From: Treponemataceae bacterium
GTDB lineage: Bacteria; Spirochaetota; Spirochaetia; Treponematales; Rectinemataceae
Assembly (NCBI GenBank): GCA_963678065.2
Contig: CAXXVZ010000002.1
Location: 128,001-192,000, forward strand
Reading direction: 5' to 3'
Length of the DNA stretch: 64,000 nt
Part shown: positions 18,054-27,981 of the stretch, in pieces
How positions within the stretch are numbered: position 1 is the stretch's first letter
Layout of the letters: each line of letters starts with the position of its first letter
The notes under the pieces: generated by a model
Told to the model about the DNA's origin: nothing
Database searches by the model: none
What the model saw: only the letters and a program-made list of their open reading frames with translations
Made by a program: the position numbers and the translations under genes

Positions 18054-18995
18054 ATGAAGCGGCCTGGATGTAGATCACGGAAATGGAAAGGCGGACACAT
18101 AGTATTTCTTATCGTGACAAGTATCGCGATTATGGTATTGGCTGGTTGTGACCTTCCGACGACTACAACTACGACCACGACGTTGCCTCCTGGTACAACG
18201 ACAACGACAGTGCCCCCGGTGACAACTACAACTACTACAACGATTCCTGCCTCCATCGAGATGGTGAGCGTCCCCGGAGGTAGCTTCCAGATGGGCTCCA
18301 CAACAGGTTTCAGCAATGAGCGACCGGTACATCAGGTAACCCTGACGGGATTCCAGATGGGAAAGTACGAGGTGACGCAGGCTCAGTATCTGTCGGTGAC
18401 AGGCGCAAGTCCCTCGTATTTCAGCGGGACGAACCTGCCGGCGGAAGAGGTGACCTGGTATGACGCGGTGGAGTTCTGCAACAAACTGAGCGTGGCTAAT
18501 GGAGTTTCTGCTGTCTACACGATCACAGGGCGAACTCCCGCATCCGGGTATCCGATCACCAGTGCGACGGTGACACCGGACATGACGAAGAACGGGTATC
18601 GGCTGCCGACGGAAGCGGAGTGGGAGTACGCGGCGCGCGGAGGAAATGGAAGCCCTAGCGGGTATACGCATTCGGGATCGAACGATGTCGGGACTGTGGC
18701 GTGGTATTCGGACAATTCGGGAAGCACGACACATACGGTAGGAACAAAAATGGCGAATGGACTTGGTCTCTATGACATGTCGGGGAATGTATGGGAATGG
18801 TGTCAGGATTGGTATGACAGTTACGGATCTGGAGCTCAGACTGACCCCGCGGGCGCGTCCTCGGGTACGTCCCGCGTGGCTCGCGGCGCCAGCTGGATCA
18901 GCAATGCTGACTTCTGCCGGTCGGCCAATCGGGACTACTACCTCCCTGACAGCACGAACACCAACGTAGGGTTCCGTGTCGTCCGCCGCCCATGA
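18054..18995 (+). CDS. FGE-sulfatase (SUMF1)/CLec-fold lipoprotein with Thr-rich stalk
   Basis: GGGAGG RBS, lipobox LAG|C and poly-Thr linker. Motifs PGGSFQMG, KYEVTQ, GYRLPTEAEWEYAARGG, GLYDMSGNVWEWC, RVARGASW...GFRVVR. Confidence 0.92.
   Translation: MKRPGCRSRKWKGGHIVFLIVTSIAIMVLAGCDLPTTTTTTTTLPPGTTTTTVPPVTTTTTTTIPASIEMVSVPGGSFQMGSTTGFSNERPVHQVTLTGFQMGKYEVTQAQYLSVTGASPSYFSGTNLPAEEVTWYDAVEFCNKLSVANGVSAVYTITGRTPASGYPITSATVTPDMTKNGYRLPTEAEWEYAARGGNGSPSGYTHSGSNDVGTVAWYSDNSGSTTHTVGTKMANGLGLYDMSGNVWEWCQDWYDSYGSGAQTDPAGASSGTSRVARGASWISNADFCRSANRDYYLPDSTNTNVGFRVVRRP
18157..18243 (+). repeat. ACN-codon microsatellite-like tract encoding a Thr/Pro stalk
   Basis: Encodes PTTTTTTTTLPPGTTTTTVPPVTTTTTTT. 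Confidence 0.8.
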
Positions 18996-19044
18996 GTTCG
19001 GGCCGGGCTTAAGTCTGGAAGAAGCGGGAGAGCGAAGGTGAAGA

Positions 19045-19085
19045 CTCCGCCTGTGCCCGAGGGACGAGGGCACGGGAAGGCGGAG
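19045..19085 (+). other. GC-rich stem-loop 50 bp downstream of the FGE gene
   Basis: CTCCGCCT/AGGCGGAG outer stem and GTGCCC/GGGCAC inner stem. Apical GA-G-GGA-C-GA. No U-tract. Confidence 0.65.
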
Positions 19086-19365
19086 GGAGAGACTGAAGCG
19101 GGATGAAAGAGAATACGGAATGGAAGGTTTCGGTTGAGAAAAGGGGTCCTGAGGTGCTTTGCACCCCAGGCGAAGTGGGAAAAATCGGCCTGTAGAAAAC
19201 ATATGCCCAGTCAATATGCATCGTTCAGGTTGCCGCTTTTCCCGGGATCCGATGAAGAAGTTGCCCTCAACCTGTTTCTTCGGTCTCACATGATCATTCA
19301 CGTGATGTTCGCCTGGCGAATGGCTTCGGATGGCCGGGACGATAAAAATCATGTATACTCATTCC

Positions 19366-20931
19366 ATGGAACGATTCTTCAATACGACGGGACCCTGCGA
19401 CCCCACCCGCCATTACATGCTACCGCCGGAAGATCGTCTCGTCGGCGCCCAACTCTCCCGCTATATCGGAAACTGGTTGTACTGGGTTCTCCACGCACCC
19501 CGGCAGACTGGCAAGACGACCTTCCTGCAGAGCTGGATGCGCGAGCTCAATGCCTCCGGCGAAGTTGTCGCCTGCTATGTAAGCGTGGAGCGATGTCAGG
19601 AGTTTCCGAAAGCCGAAGATGCCATGCCGGCAATCTGCTCGGCTATCATGGAATATGCACGAGCTTTTCTTGATGCATTATATGTGCCCCCTCGTCCTGA
19701 TATCGAGCCGGGGAGCATGCTGTCGGCCATTCTCATCGACTGGGCACGCATTGTCGCTCCCAAACCCCTCGTCGTCCTCTTCGACGAAGTCGATGTCCTT
19801 CAGGATCAGGCCCTCGTCAGTTTCCTCAGGCAGCTTCGTGGAGGCTTCGCGGCGCGTGGACCCGGGCTTTTCCCGACATCCGTGGCCCTCGTCGGCATGC
19901 GGGATCTGCGCGATTACCTTGTCCGGAGCAAGGATGGTATCTCTCTCAATCCGGGTAGCCCTTTCAATATAAAGGAAGATTCCAGCACGCTCGCCAACTT
20001 CTCCCGCGAAGATACGTATGCTCTGACAGGACAACACACTGCCGAGACTAGCCAGACATTTGCTTCCGAGGCTGTGGACAGAATATGGGATCTCACCCGC
20101 GGTCAGCCCTGGCTCACGAACGCACTCTGCAAGAAATGCGTCTGGACCCTCTGTCCGAATGGCGAGCCGGTCGGCGTCGATCAGATCGAAGAGGCGAGAG
20201 AGCTCCTCATCCGCGAGCGGGCTGTCCATCTGGATAGTCTTTCGGAGCGACTGCGCGATCCGAGAGTCAAACGAGTCGTACAGACCATTCTCGTTGGAGA
20301 ATCCCGTCCGGATCTCATGCGTGGCGACGATTTTCGCTTCACGCTCGACATGGGTCTTGTCACGATCGAGAATGGAACGCCTTCGATCGCCAACCCGATC
20401 TATCGCGAGATCATAGCGAGGGTTCTGTCCGAGGAATATCAACTCTCGATCCCGGCTCCCGAATTTCGCTGGAAAACGCCCGATGGCCGGCTCGACCTTG
20501 AAGCCCTCATGCGCGAGTTCCAGCGATTCTGGCGGCGTCACGCGGACATCTGGGAGGAGAAGGCGGACTACACCGAAGCTTTTCCCCACCTCCTTCTCAT
20601 GGCCTTCCTGCAACGCGTCGTGAATGGCGGCGGCAGGATCGAGCGGGAATACGCGGCTGGCAAGGGCCGGGTAGATCTCGCGGTATGGTTTGGCGGAGCC
20701 TGGTCCATCATCGAGATCAAGCTCGTGCATCCCCAGGAAGGGCGCAAGTCCACGATCGAGGAAGGTCTTGAACAGATCGAACGCTACCGCGACCACATCG
20801 ATCCAACAGCTCCGGCCTGCCTCGTCGTCTTTGACCGGACGACTGCCGGTCGCTTGAAGTCTTGGGAAGAGAGACTAAGCCGTGCGGAGTACGGGTCGGA
20901 TCCAGACAAGGTCGTGGTGTTCGGGGGATAA
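19366..20931 (+). CDS. AAA-type ATPase fused to C-terminal PD-(D/E)XK nuclease-like domain
   Basis: FFNTTGPC, Walker A APRQTGKTT, Walker B VLFDEVD, C-terminal EREYAAGKGRVDL...IIEIK. Confidence 0.85.
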   Translation: MERFFNTTGPCDPTRHYMLPPEDRLVGAQLSRYIGNWLYWVLHAPRQTGKTTFLQSWMRELNASGEVVACYVSVERCQEFPKAEDAMPAICSAIMEYARAFLDALYVPPRPDIEPGSMLSAILIDWARIVAPKPLVVLFDEVDVLQDQALVSFLRQLRGGFAARGPGLFPTSVALVGMRDLRDYLVRSKDGISLNPGSPFNIKEDSSTLANFSREDTYALTGQHTAETSQTFASEAVDRIWDLTRGQPWLTNALCKKCVWTLCPNGEPVGVDQIEEARELLIRERAVHLDSLSERLRDPRVKRVVQTILVGESRPDLMRGDDFRFTLDMGLVTIENGTPSIANPIYREIIARVLSEEYQLSIPAPEFRWKTPDGRLDLEALMREFQRFWRRHADIWEEKADYTEAFPHLLLMAFLQRVVNGGGRIEREYAAGKGRVDLAVWFGGAWSIIEIKLVHPQEGRKSTIEEGLEQIERYRDHIDPTAPACLVVFDRTTAGRLKSWEERLSRAEYGSDPDKVVVFGG

Positions 20932-21074
20932 GGCGTCTATCGTCGGTCCTTTTCGGCGCATTTCGCAGAGAGGGAGGCACAGCGATTCGAAAAACTAGCT
21001 GGAAATTTTGGGTTGAGCCTTCATCTTTGCCACTATCTACCCCTGCGTGTGGCTTGGCGAGTTTCTGATCATCT

Positions 21075-21293
21075 CTTGTTATCAGAAATTCCAGTACAGC
21101 GACGAACGCGGAAAGGAGACGCAATGAAAAGGGTCGGTGGGTTTAGCAAGATCGACGAGGCGAGGCGGAAACGGATGGCAGCGTTTTCCGAGGTCAAGAC
21201 CGACGAGATCGACCTGTCGGAAAAGGGTATCAGACCTTCATGAACGAGCTGCTTCGGAAAGATATGCAGGAAGCGCAAAAAGGGATGGCATAA
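21075..21293 (+). pseudogene. Decayed BrnT/BrnA toxin-antitoxin module
   Basis: 21075-21146 reads LVIRNSSTATNAERRRNEKGRWV* (BrnT C-terminus-like). From ATG 21124, ...DEIDLS joins out of frame to GKGYQTFMNELLRKDM (BrnA C-terminus-like), with the central part missing. Confidence 0.65.
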
Positions 21294-21456
21294 TTCAAAT
21301 ATCCAGCGAATATGGTTTAGCTATTCGCCCTGATAAGGTCATCCAGAGTTTTCAGGATGGCCCTTCTTTTTGGCTCGGGGAGCCGCTCAAGTTCGCTATT
21401 ACGTTTGCTGCGCCACTCCGACAGGTCATGATCGCGGCTGTCGGAGTAGCATACTT

Positions 21457-23412
21457 TCAGTACAGATCGATCGCAAACACCCGCACCGCCGGGCTGCCCC
21501 AGGTTTCGCAGGCGGTGAAGCGCAGTCGCGCCGTCCGCGTTCCTTCGGGTAGGGCCAGCCGCACGAGGCGCTGGTGGTTGTCTGTCACATACGCGATTTC
21601 TCTCCAGGCTCTAGATTCCTCGCCGCCCGCCACACCTGATATGCCGGTACCGGTGCCACAACACTCCGGGCCTGCTTTCCCGACAAGGGCTTCAACCTTG
21701 AAACATTTCACGATCTGCGGCGGCACGGCGAAATCCTGACTCGCCATGGTGTAGTACGAAACCATGTTGTGCGTCGTGCGATTGAGGTCGGAATCGAAGA
21801 CGAGACGGATCGACGAAAGTTCGACGGAAGAGCCGAAATCGAAGGTCACGCTGTCGCCCGGGAGTGCGTCCCAGCTGTTGCGTTCCCGGCCGATCTGGCG
21901 GTCGAGCCCATTGCGCAGTTGCTCCGGGTCTCCGCGACTGGCCGACAGGGCGGCGCCCGATGTGAGGGCGTTGATGGCGCGGCGGTTGAAGGGCAGGTAG
22001 CAGTCGTCCTCCATGAGGCTCTGCTTGAGTTCGGAGAGGCGCTCGAGGTAGACGCCGCGGGGCGACAACCCCGCGCGGGCCGCGATGGCCGCCGCCGTGC
22101 CCACTGCCTGCCCCAGGGTCGAGCAGGTGGCCATGACCCGCGTCGAGCTGAGGGCGCTGTGTGTCGCCGAGATGTTGCGTCCCGCGAAGAAGAGATTGTC
22201 GACGTTGCGCGAATACAGGCTCCGGTAGGGAATGCCGTAGGGTGAGGGGGCCGGATGGAAGATCGTGCCGGCTTCTTTCTTGTAGAAACCCTCGGGGAAG
22301 TGGTCGTCCATGGTCCAGCCGCCGTAGGCGACGATGTCCTCGAAGTGCCTGCCCGCCGCTTCGACGTCATTCTGGTTGAGGATGTGATCGCCGACGAATC
22401 GCCTCGACTCGCGCTTTCCCGGAAGAAAGCCGACCCAGTCGAGCGCCCAGTTGTCGGCTCCGTGGTCGCCGCGGTTCTTGATGTGATCCCAGACGCCGAA
22501 GGCTATCTTGAGGAGTTCGTCGCGCAGCTCCTCCTTGTCGTGGATCGTGTCCTGCATGCCGCCGACCTCGAGCCACCAGAAGTTCTGCGTGCCGGCGATC
22601 GTGTGCCCCCGCTCGGGCAGCTGGCCGTCGGTATCGTAGCGGTAGGCCCAGGAGGGCGGAATGAACTTCTGGGGCCTGTCCGTCTCGCGCGCCTGGATGA
22701 GGCAGGAGAGCCCCATCGTGCGCTTGTCCGCAGCTTCCGGCGCGATGGATTCCCCGAACTCGGATCTCGCCTCGCGGCCCATGCGGAACTCCGCGCCGGC
22801 GAGTGCCCCGAGGAGGCCGTCGCCCGTGCAGTCCGCGAAGAGCTTCGCCGAGACGACGACGCGGGACTCCGTCGTCATCTGCACGCCCTCGACGGAGAGG
22901 ATACGTCGACCAACTGCTGTGCCCGGGCCACTCGCGCCGGCGCCCGGCCCATGGGGCAGGCCGGGAACACCAGGGACAGGTCCCGTCCCCGCGTCCATCG
23001 CAGCGCCGGCGCCCTCCGCCACCACCTTGTTCACATAGGTGTTCAGGAGGAGGACGAGGTTCTCCTGGAAGCGCGCCTTCTCATAGAGGATCGAGTCCCA
23101 GATGGAGTAGTTCGGCCAGGTGTTTCGCCAGAGATTTTCGAGGAGGATCTCCTCGACGATGCCCGTCTCGTGATTGTTGTCCACACCGTCAGGTGCGCCA
23201 TCCGGGTTGACGCGGCCGGTCTCATGGCTGTTGTCGCTGTGCGCCCCGCAGATCCACATGCGGATCTCGCTCGAGGCGTTGCCGCCCAGCACCGGCCTGT
23301 CCTGAACGAGAGCGACCTTCGTGCCACGCCGCGCGGCTGCAATGGCAGCCGAAAGTCCGGCAAGACCGCCGCCCACCACGCAGAAATCCACCTCATGGAA
23401 AATGTCACGCAT
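21457..23412 (-). CDS. FAD-dependent oxidoreductase (FAD_oxidored family) with C-terminal beta domain
   Basis: VVGGGLAG, DRPVLGGNASSE, DCTGDG, KRESRR, IPYRSLYS, AGRNISATH.A.SSTRVM. Confidence 0.9.
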   Translation of the reverse strand: MRDIFHEVDFCVVGGGLAGLSAAIAAARRGTKVALVQDRPVLGGNASSEIRMWICGAHSDNSHETGRVNPDGAPDGVDNNHETGIVEEILLENLWRNTWPNYSIWDSILYEKARFQENLVLLLNTYVNKVVAEGAGAAMDAGTGPVPGVPGLPHGPGAGASGPGTAVGRRILSVEGVQMTTESRVVVSAKLFADCTGDGLLGALAGAEFRMGREARSEFGESIAPEAADKRTMGLSCLIQARETDRPQKFIPPSWAYRYDTDGQLPERGHTIAGTQNFWWLEVGGMQDTIHDKEELRDELLKIAFGVWDHIKNRGDHGADNWALDWVGFLPGKRESRRFVGDHILNQNDVEAAGRHFEDIVAYGGWTMDDHFPEGFYKKEAGTIFHPAPSPYGIPYRSLYSRNVDNLFFAGRNISATHSALSSTRVMATCSTLGQAVGTAAAIAARAGLSPRGVYLERLSELKQSLMEDDCYLPFNRRAINALTSGAALSASRGDPEQLRNGLDRQIGRERNSWDALPGDSVTFDFGSSVELSSIRLVFDSDLNRTTHNMVSYYTMASQDFAVPPQIVKCFKVEALVGKAGPECCGTGTGISGVAGGEESRAWREIAYVTDNHQRLVRLALPEGTRTARLRFTACETWGSPAVRVFAIDLY

Positions 23413-24637
23413 GATTGCCTCCGAATCTGTCGCCCTCGTCGAGGAAGGCGAGATAATTGTCGCGCATCCGGTCGTCGAGGACTGGATGGAATGGTCCCGC
23501 GCTGGGCGAGAGAATGAAGCGCCGTCCCTTCGCCTGCGAAAGGACGCGGCGCACCTCGGCGCGCATCGCCAGAGGCTCGAGGGCGCGGAATTCGTCGTAC
23601 TGGATGGTTCCGATCAGGGCGATCCTGTCGTCGACCTTCGCGAGAGCCTCGGAAAGCGGACAGTTGCCGACGGGCGGCTCCTCGATGGTGTGCAGGCCGT
23701 CGGGCGCGAGCCAGAGAAAATCGTCCAGAAGATCGCGGATCTGCCCGTGGAAGTGAGTGATGACGAACTTCCCGTATGAGTGGACGAGGTCGATCAGCTC
23801 CTTCTGGAAGGGCAGGATCCACTCGCGGAAAGTCTCGCGGCTCACCATGGGCGGCGCGGCGAGTTCACTCCCGACCATGAAGTAGATGTCGGCGAGATCC
23901 CGCTCGAGGCACCAGCGGTATTTTTCGATGAAATGCTTCTGGAGGCGCCCGAGAAAGGCCGTGATCTCCTCCCTGCGGGTCAGGGACCATATCGGATATT
24001 CCAGCAGATTGGCGGCGCCGTAGAGGACGCCGATCGGTTCGCCCAGGTCGAGCATCATCGCGCCCGTATCGATCGGGAATGCCACCTTCTCCGCGAGGTA
24101 TCCGGGAAGATATGCCGAGAGCGCCGACTCGATTGCGGCCGGCTCGTCCAGTACGGGCAGGGAAAGGAAAACATCGAGATCCTCCTCCGAATCGAGGAAG
24201 CGCCCGGCAGCCGTCAGGACGGCTGCAGAAGTGGCCGTCAAAGCGCTGGCCGAGGGGCCTGACAAGGCGCCTGCCGGACTGAGGCCCGTACTACCCGACA
24301 GAGCGCCTGCCGGATGGGTACCCGTGTTCGTGGTGTTCGCGGCCTCCGCCGCTCTCGTCGAAACCTCCTGCGTGCTGAGAGCCCGGGGCAGGCTCGACCG
24401 GAAAGTCTTCTCCGGAAAGGCCGCGCGAAAATCCCGGACGAACACCTCGATATCGAAATTGCGCCGGTTCAGTATCGAGGCTTTTTGCGTCATCGCCTCG
24501 ACGACGGGCGCGTAGCTCGGCTCCTTCCGCACGTCGGTGTAATACGTCGTGCGATCCCAGGGAAAGAGGAGCCATATCGGCGCGCGGTCGACCGGCTCTC
24601 CGCGCAGGACAGCCAGAATGCGTTCACGGTTTGTCAT
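23405..24637 (-). CDS. Uroporphyrinogen decarboxylase/MtaA-CmuA-fold protein
   Basis: MTNRERILAVLRGEPVDRAP start, PPMVS..TFREWILP, THFHG, EEPPVGN, RFILSP. Overlaps the oxidoreductase start. Confidence 0.8.
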   Translation of the reverse strand: MTNRERILAVLRGEPVDRAPIWLLFPWDRTTYYTDVRKEPSYAPVVEAMTQKASILNRRNFDIEVFVRDFRAAFPEKTFRSSLPRALSTQEVSTRAAEAANTTNTGTHPAGALSGSTGLSPAGALSGPSASALTATSAAVLTAAGRFLDSEEDLDVFLSLPVLDEPAAIESALSAYLPGYLAEKVAFPIDTGAMMLDLGEPIGVLYGAANLLEYPIWSLTRREEITAFLGRLQKHFIEKYRWCLERDLADIYFMVGSELAAPPMVSRETFREWILPFQKELIDLVHSYGKFVITHFHGQIRDLLDDFLWLAPDGLHTIEEPPVGNCPLSEALAKVDDRIALIGTIQYDEFRALEPLAMRAEVRRVLSQAKGRRFILSPSAGPFHPVLDDRMRDNYLAFLDEGDRFGGNHA

Positions 24638-24751
24638 AGTCGCAATTTTAATCCCCTTTTTCCGATCAGACCTCGACATGCCCGCCCGATTTACTGGACA
24701 AACGTGCAATTATTCCTTGTCAAAGGCCTGTATCCATGCGAACATGGGAAT

Positions 24752-25729
24752 ATGCCCGCGCGCGATGTCCTCATCGACTACCTGGACTGCATCGAAAGGA
24801 TGGGTTACGAAGTCACCATCAATGATTTTTCGGGCCTCATCGTCTCAGATGAGACAGAATCGGCCCGACTCGCCGCCTATTTTATCCACCGAAACCCCTT
24901 CTGCATGTTTGTAAAGTCCAGTGCGTGGCTCTGGAACGAATGTCTCAGGAGGAAATCCGGGCTCTGTGCGGCCGCGGCCAGGCGTCCGGAGGGCTTCAGG
25001 GGTCTGTGCTTCTGCGGCAGGGAAGAGTACATCATGCCCGTCATGCGCGACGGAATCGTCCTCGCGACCATCGGGCTCGGAGGCTTTTCGACCGACAGAG
25101 CTTCAAGTCTCGGCCGCGCCGCACGCCACTGCGAGGAAACAGAGTCAGGGACAAGCTCAAGCGCGGGAGCGCGCATAGGAGCAGAGGCAGGAATGGAAGC
25201 CCGGACGGGAGAGAGCGGGGCCGCTTCAGCCGGAAAATCGCTCGCCAGCCGCTTCGACCTGGCGGCGCGGAGGCCTGCGCCCGATCCAGCCGACGCGCGC
25301 GCCCTTCTCGGCATGGCCGCCTCAGCTGTCGGCTGCCTCTACGAATCTCTCGAAGCCGCGAAGGGCTGCCTCATGGTCCCGGAGGCCGCCCGGCTTTCGC
25401 GCGAGCGCCGCCTCGTCCTCCACGCCGCGGAATACCTGCGCCAGCACGCGACCGAATCGGTCGGAGCGCGACAGGTCGCGCGGGCATGCCACATTTCGGT
25501 ATCGACGCTGAGCCACATCTTCAAATCGACGATGGGACGGAGCCTGCGCGCCTACCTCCTGGGCCTGAGGCTGGATCTGGCCAAAAAAAAACTCAAAGAA
25601 GGCCACTCGGTCACCGATGCGGCCCTCTCCTCGGGCTTCGAGGACCCGAACTATTTCTCCCGCGCCTTCTCCCGCGCCGAAGGCCTGCCACCCGGCAGAT
25701 GGGCAGGAAAGCGCCATGAATCTGCTTGA
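24752..25729 (+). CDS. AraC-family regulator with PocR-like sensor domain
   Basis: HRNPFCMFVK, CFCG..EY..P. C-terminal HTH pair LSHIFK...GFEDPNYFSRAF. Confidence 0.85.
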   Translation: MPARDVLIDYLDCIERMGYEVTINDFSGLIVSDETESARLAAYFIHRNPFCMFVKSSAWLWNECLRRKSGLCAAAARRPEGFRGLCFCGREEYIMPVMRDGIVLATIGLGGFSTDRASSLGRAARHCEETESGTSSSAGARIGAEAGMEARTGESGAASAGKSLASRFDLAARRPAPDPADARALLGMAASAVGCLYESLEAAKGCLMVPEAARLSRERRLVLHAAEYLRQHATESVGARQVARACHISVSTLSHIFKSTMGRSLRAYLLGLRLDLAKKKLKEGHSVTDAALSSGFEDPNYFSRAFSRAEGLPPGRWAGKRHESA

Positions 25730-26633
25730 GCCGGAAACCCTTCCCGAACGCTTCCGCATCCTCGAGCGCGACCGCGATCCCATGATCGGCCGTCTTCGCT
25801 TCTGCCCGACCATGGCGGACCGCCAGAACAATATGCCGGGTCTGTGCTGCGAGGACCGCGTCATCGGCGACTGCGAGCTCATCTACTATATCGGCGGCCT
25901 GGGAGAAGTCATCCTTTCGGGTCGACGATACGCCTGCCGCGCCGGAACCGTTCTCCTCATCCGCCCATGGGAAGTCCACAGTATCAACTCTTCCCTCGGA
26001 TCGCCGCACGACAATTTCTGGACCCACTTCACCGTCGAGCCGGACTGCCTCACGGAAGCGGTGACACGCGCGGCATTCCCCGACAGCGCCCGCATCGCGG
26101 AGATCGGGCCGCAAGAAGACCTGATCGGCCTCTTCGCGAATCTGGATCACGAAATCGCCGCAAAGGCTCCTGCGTATCCGGAAGCCGCGACGGCCCTGTT
26201 CACGGCGATCTTCCTCCGGGTCTGGCGCGCCGCGACCGGCTCCACTTCCCTGCCCGCGCCTGTCCGCGCGCGCGGACAGACCGAAGTACAGGGAGCCGAC
26301 CCGGGCCCGGAGGAAGCGCTTCTGTGCGCGATCGAGTCCTTCGTCAGGAAGCGCCTCGCCGGGCCTCTCGACACCGAAACCCTGTGCCGCGAATTCGCGA
26401 TCGGCAGGACGAGTCTCTTCACCCTCTTCCGCCGCGCGCGAGGCATGGGCCCGGCGTCATTCATTCGCAGGGAGCGGCTCCGCGCCGCCGAACACCTTCT
26501 CAAGACGGGCGATCTCCCTCTCAAGGACATCGCCGGCCGCTCGGGCTTCGCCGACGCCTTCCACCTGAGCCACGCCTTCAAGGAGGCATACGGCGCGAGT
26601 CCCCGCGACTGGCTCGCATCCCTCCGCGCCTGA
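25716..26633 (+). CDS. AraC-family regulator with cupin sensor domain
   Basis: ELIYYIGG.G, LIRPWEVH, NFWTHF. HTH LKDIAGRSGFADAFHLSHAFK. Confidence 0.85.
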   Translation: MNLLEPETLPERFRILERDRDPMIGRLRFCPTMADRQNNMPGLCCEDRVIGDCELIYYIGGLGEVILSGRRYACRAGTVLLIRPWEVHSINSSLGSPHDNFWTHFTVEPDCLTEAVTRAAFPDSARIAEIGPQEDLIGLFANLDHEIAAKAPAYPEAATALFTAIFLRVWRAATGSTSLPAPVRARGQTEVQGADPGPEEALLCAIESFVRKRLAGPLDTETLCREFAIGRTSLFTLFRRARGMGPASFIRRERLRAAEHLLKTGDLPLKDIAGRSGFADAFHLSHAFKEAYGASPRDWLASLRA

Positions 26634-26787
26634 TCCTGAAGCGGGTCTACTACCCGGAAGACCGCAGCCCGCCGCGAGCCTGCGGACTTGTCGATTCGTA
26701 CGCTCCGACATGCCGCGCGGACTTCCCGCCATGGCCCGGCCGGCCGATCCTGAGCGAAAATCATGCGCGGATGCGCAAGGAGGGACC

Positions 26788-27909
26788 ATGGACTACCATC
26801 TCGGACTGAAAGAGGATGCGGGAAAAGTCATCGATCGTTTCGAGGCTTTCTATCAAGGCGAAATCATCGACAGGGCGCTCGTATCCATGACGGTCCGCAG
26901 GCCTGATTCTCCCGGCCCCGGAGCGCGCGCGGCTTTCGGAAAATCCGGCACCTGCACGGAACCGTCATACCGGGATCTGGAGGAGCGATGGCTCGACGTG
27001 GAAGGCCGGGCCGAGAGGGCAGCGCGCGATATCGGACAGCACGAGTTCATCGGAGATACCCTCCCCGTCATCTGGCCGAACATGGGGCCCGAGATATTCA
27101 GCGCCTGTTGCGGATGCGGCTACGTCTTCGGCGAGGAGACTGCCTGGAGCGAGCCCGCCATCATCGACTGGGAGCGCGACGGACCGAAGGCGCGCTTCGA
27201 CCCCGAGCACCCCTATTTCCGAGCGGTACTCCGCTTCACGGAAGCCCTCATCGGACTCTCGGAAGGCCGGTACATCGTCGGCCTCACGGACTTCCATCCT
27301 GGCGGCGACCATCTTGCGGCCCTGCGCGACCCGGCGAATCTCGCGATGGACCTGATCGACGACCCCGGACGGGTCAAAGCCTTGCTCTCCCGTTCGCAGA
27401 CCGAATACTTCGACGCCTACGACAGGCTCTACGCGCCGATAGCGCGGGCCGGCATGCCCGCGACCAGCTGGATCAACGCGCCAGCCTTCGGCAGATTCTA
27501 CATTCCATCCTGCGATTTCGCTGCCCTCATCTCGACCCGGCAATTTGAGGAGTTTTTCCTGCCCGGCCTCATCGACGAGTGCCGCTTCTACGACCGATCC
27601 ATCTACCACATGGATGGCCCTGGCCAGATCCGTCACCTCGACAGCATCCTCTCGATCCCGCGCCTCAACGCCATCCAGTGGGTCCCCGGTGCCGGCCACG
27701 AGGAGCTCGCGCAGTGGATACCGCTCCTGAAACGCATCCGTTCGGGCGGCAAGTCGGTCATGGTCTACTGCAGAATTTCCGAACTCGACCTCGTCTTCGA
27801 CAACTTCCGCCCCGAGGGCATCTGGCTTCTCCCTTCGGATGTCGACGACGGCGAGACCGCCCGGGCAGTGCTGAGACGCGTGGAAAAATGGAAGGCTCCC
27901 GCGCGGTAG
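26788..27909 (+). CDS. URO-D-like TIM-barrel protein of unknown function
   Basis: PNMGP, D.LAALR.P.NLAMDLIDDP, SCDF..LIS..QFEEFFLP, YHMDGPGQ.RHLD, IQWVPGAG. Confidence 0.7.
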   Translation: MDYHLGLKEDAGKVIDRFEAFYQGEIIDRALVSMTVRRPDSPGPGARAAFGKSGTCTEPSYRDLEERWLDVEGRAERAARDIGQHEFIGDTLPVIWPNMGPEIFSACCGCGYVFGEETAWSEPAIIDWERDGPKARFDPEHPYFRAVLRFTEALIGLSEGRYIVGLTDFHPGGDHLAALRDPANLAMDLIDDPGRVKALLSRSQTEYFDAYDRLYAPIARAGMPATSWINAPAFGRFYIPSCDFAALISTRQFEEFFLPGLIDECRFYDRSIYHMDGPGQIRHLDSILSIPRLNAIQWVPGAGHEELAQWIPLLKRIRSGGKSVMVYCRISELDLVFDNFRPEGIWLLPSDVDDGETARAVLRRVEKWKAPAR

Positions 27910-27981
27910 GCCTTGGGCCGCCAGACGCGAGAAATGAACGAACCCCGCAGCAGAGTTTCAAGGTATGGCCCCGCCTGCAAA

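Noticed and set aside
18157..18243. Repetitive ACN tract as a CRISPR or non-coding repeat
   Set aside because: It is an in-frame Thr-rich stalk with no repeat-spacer structure.
18996..21456. Complete DGR cassette (template repeat, RT, Avd) next to the FGE gene
   Set aside because: I found no second copy of the variable region and no RT motif in any ORF in the window, so only an orphan target is proposed.
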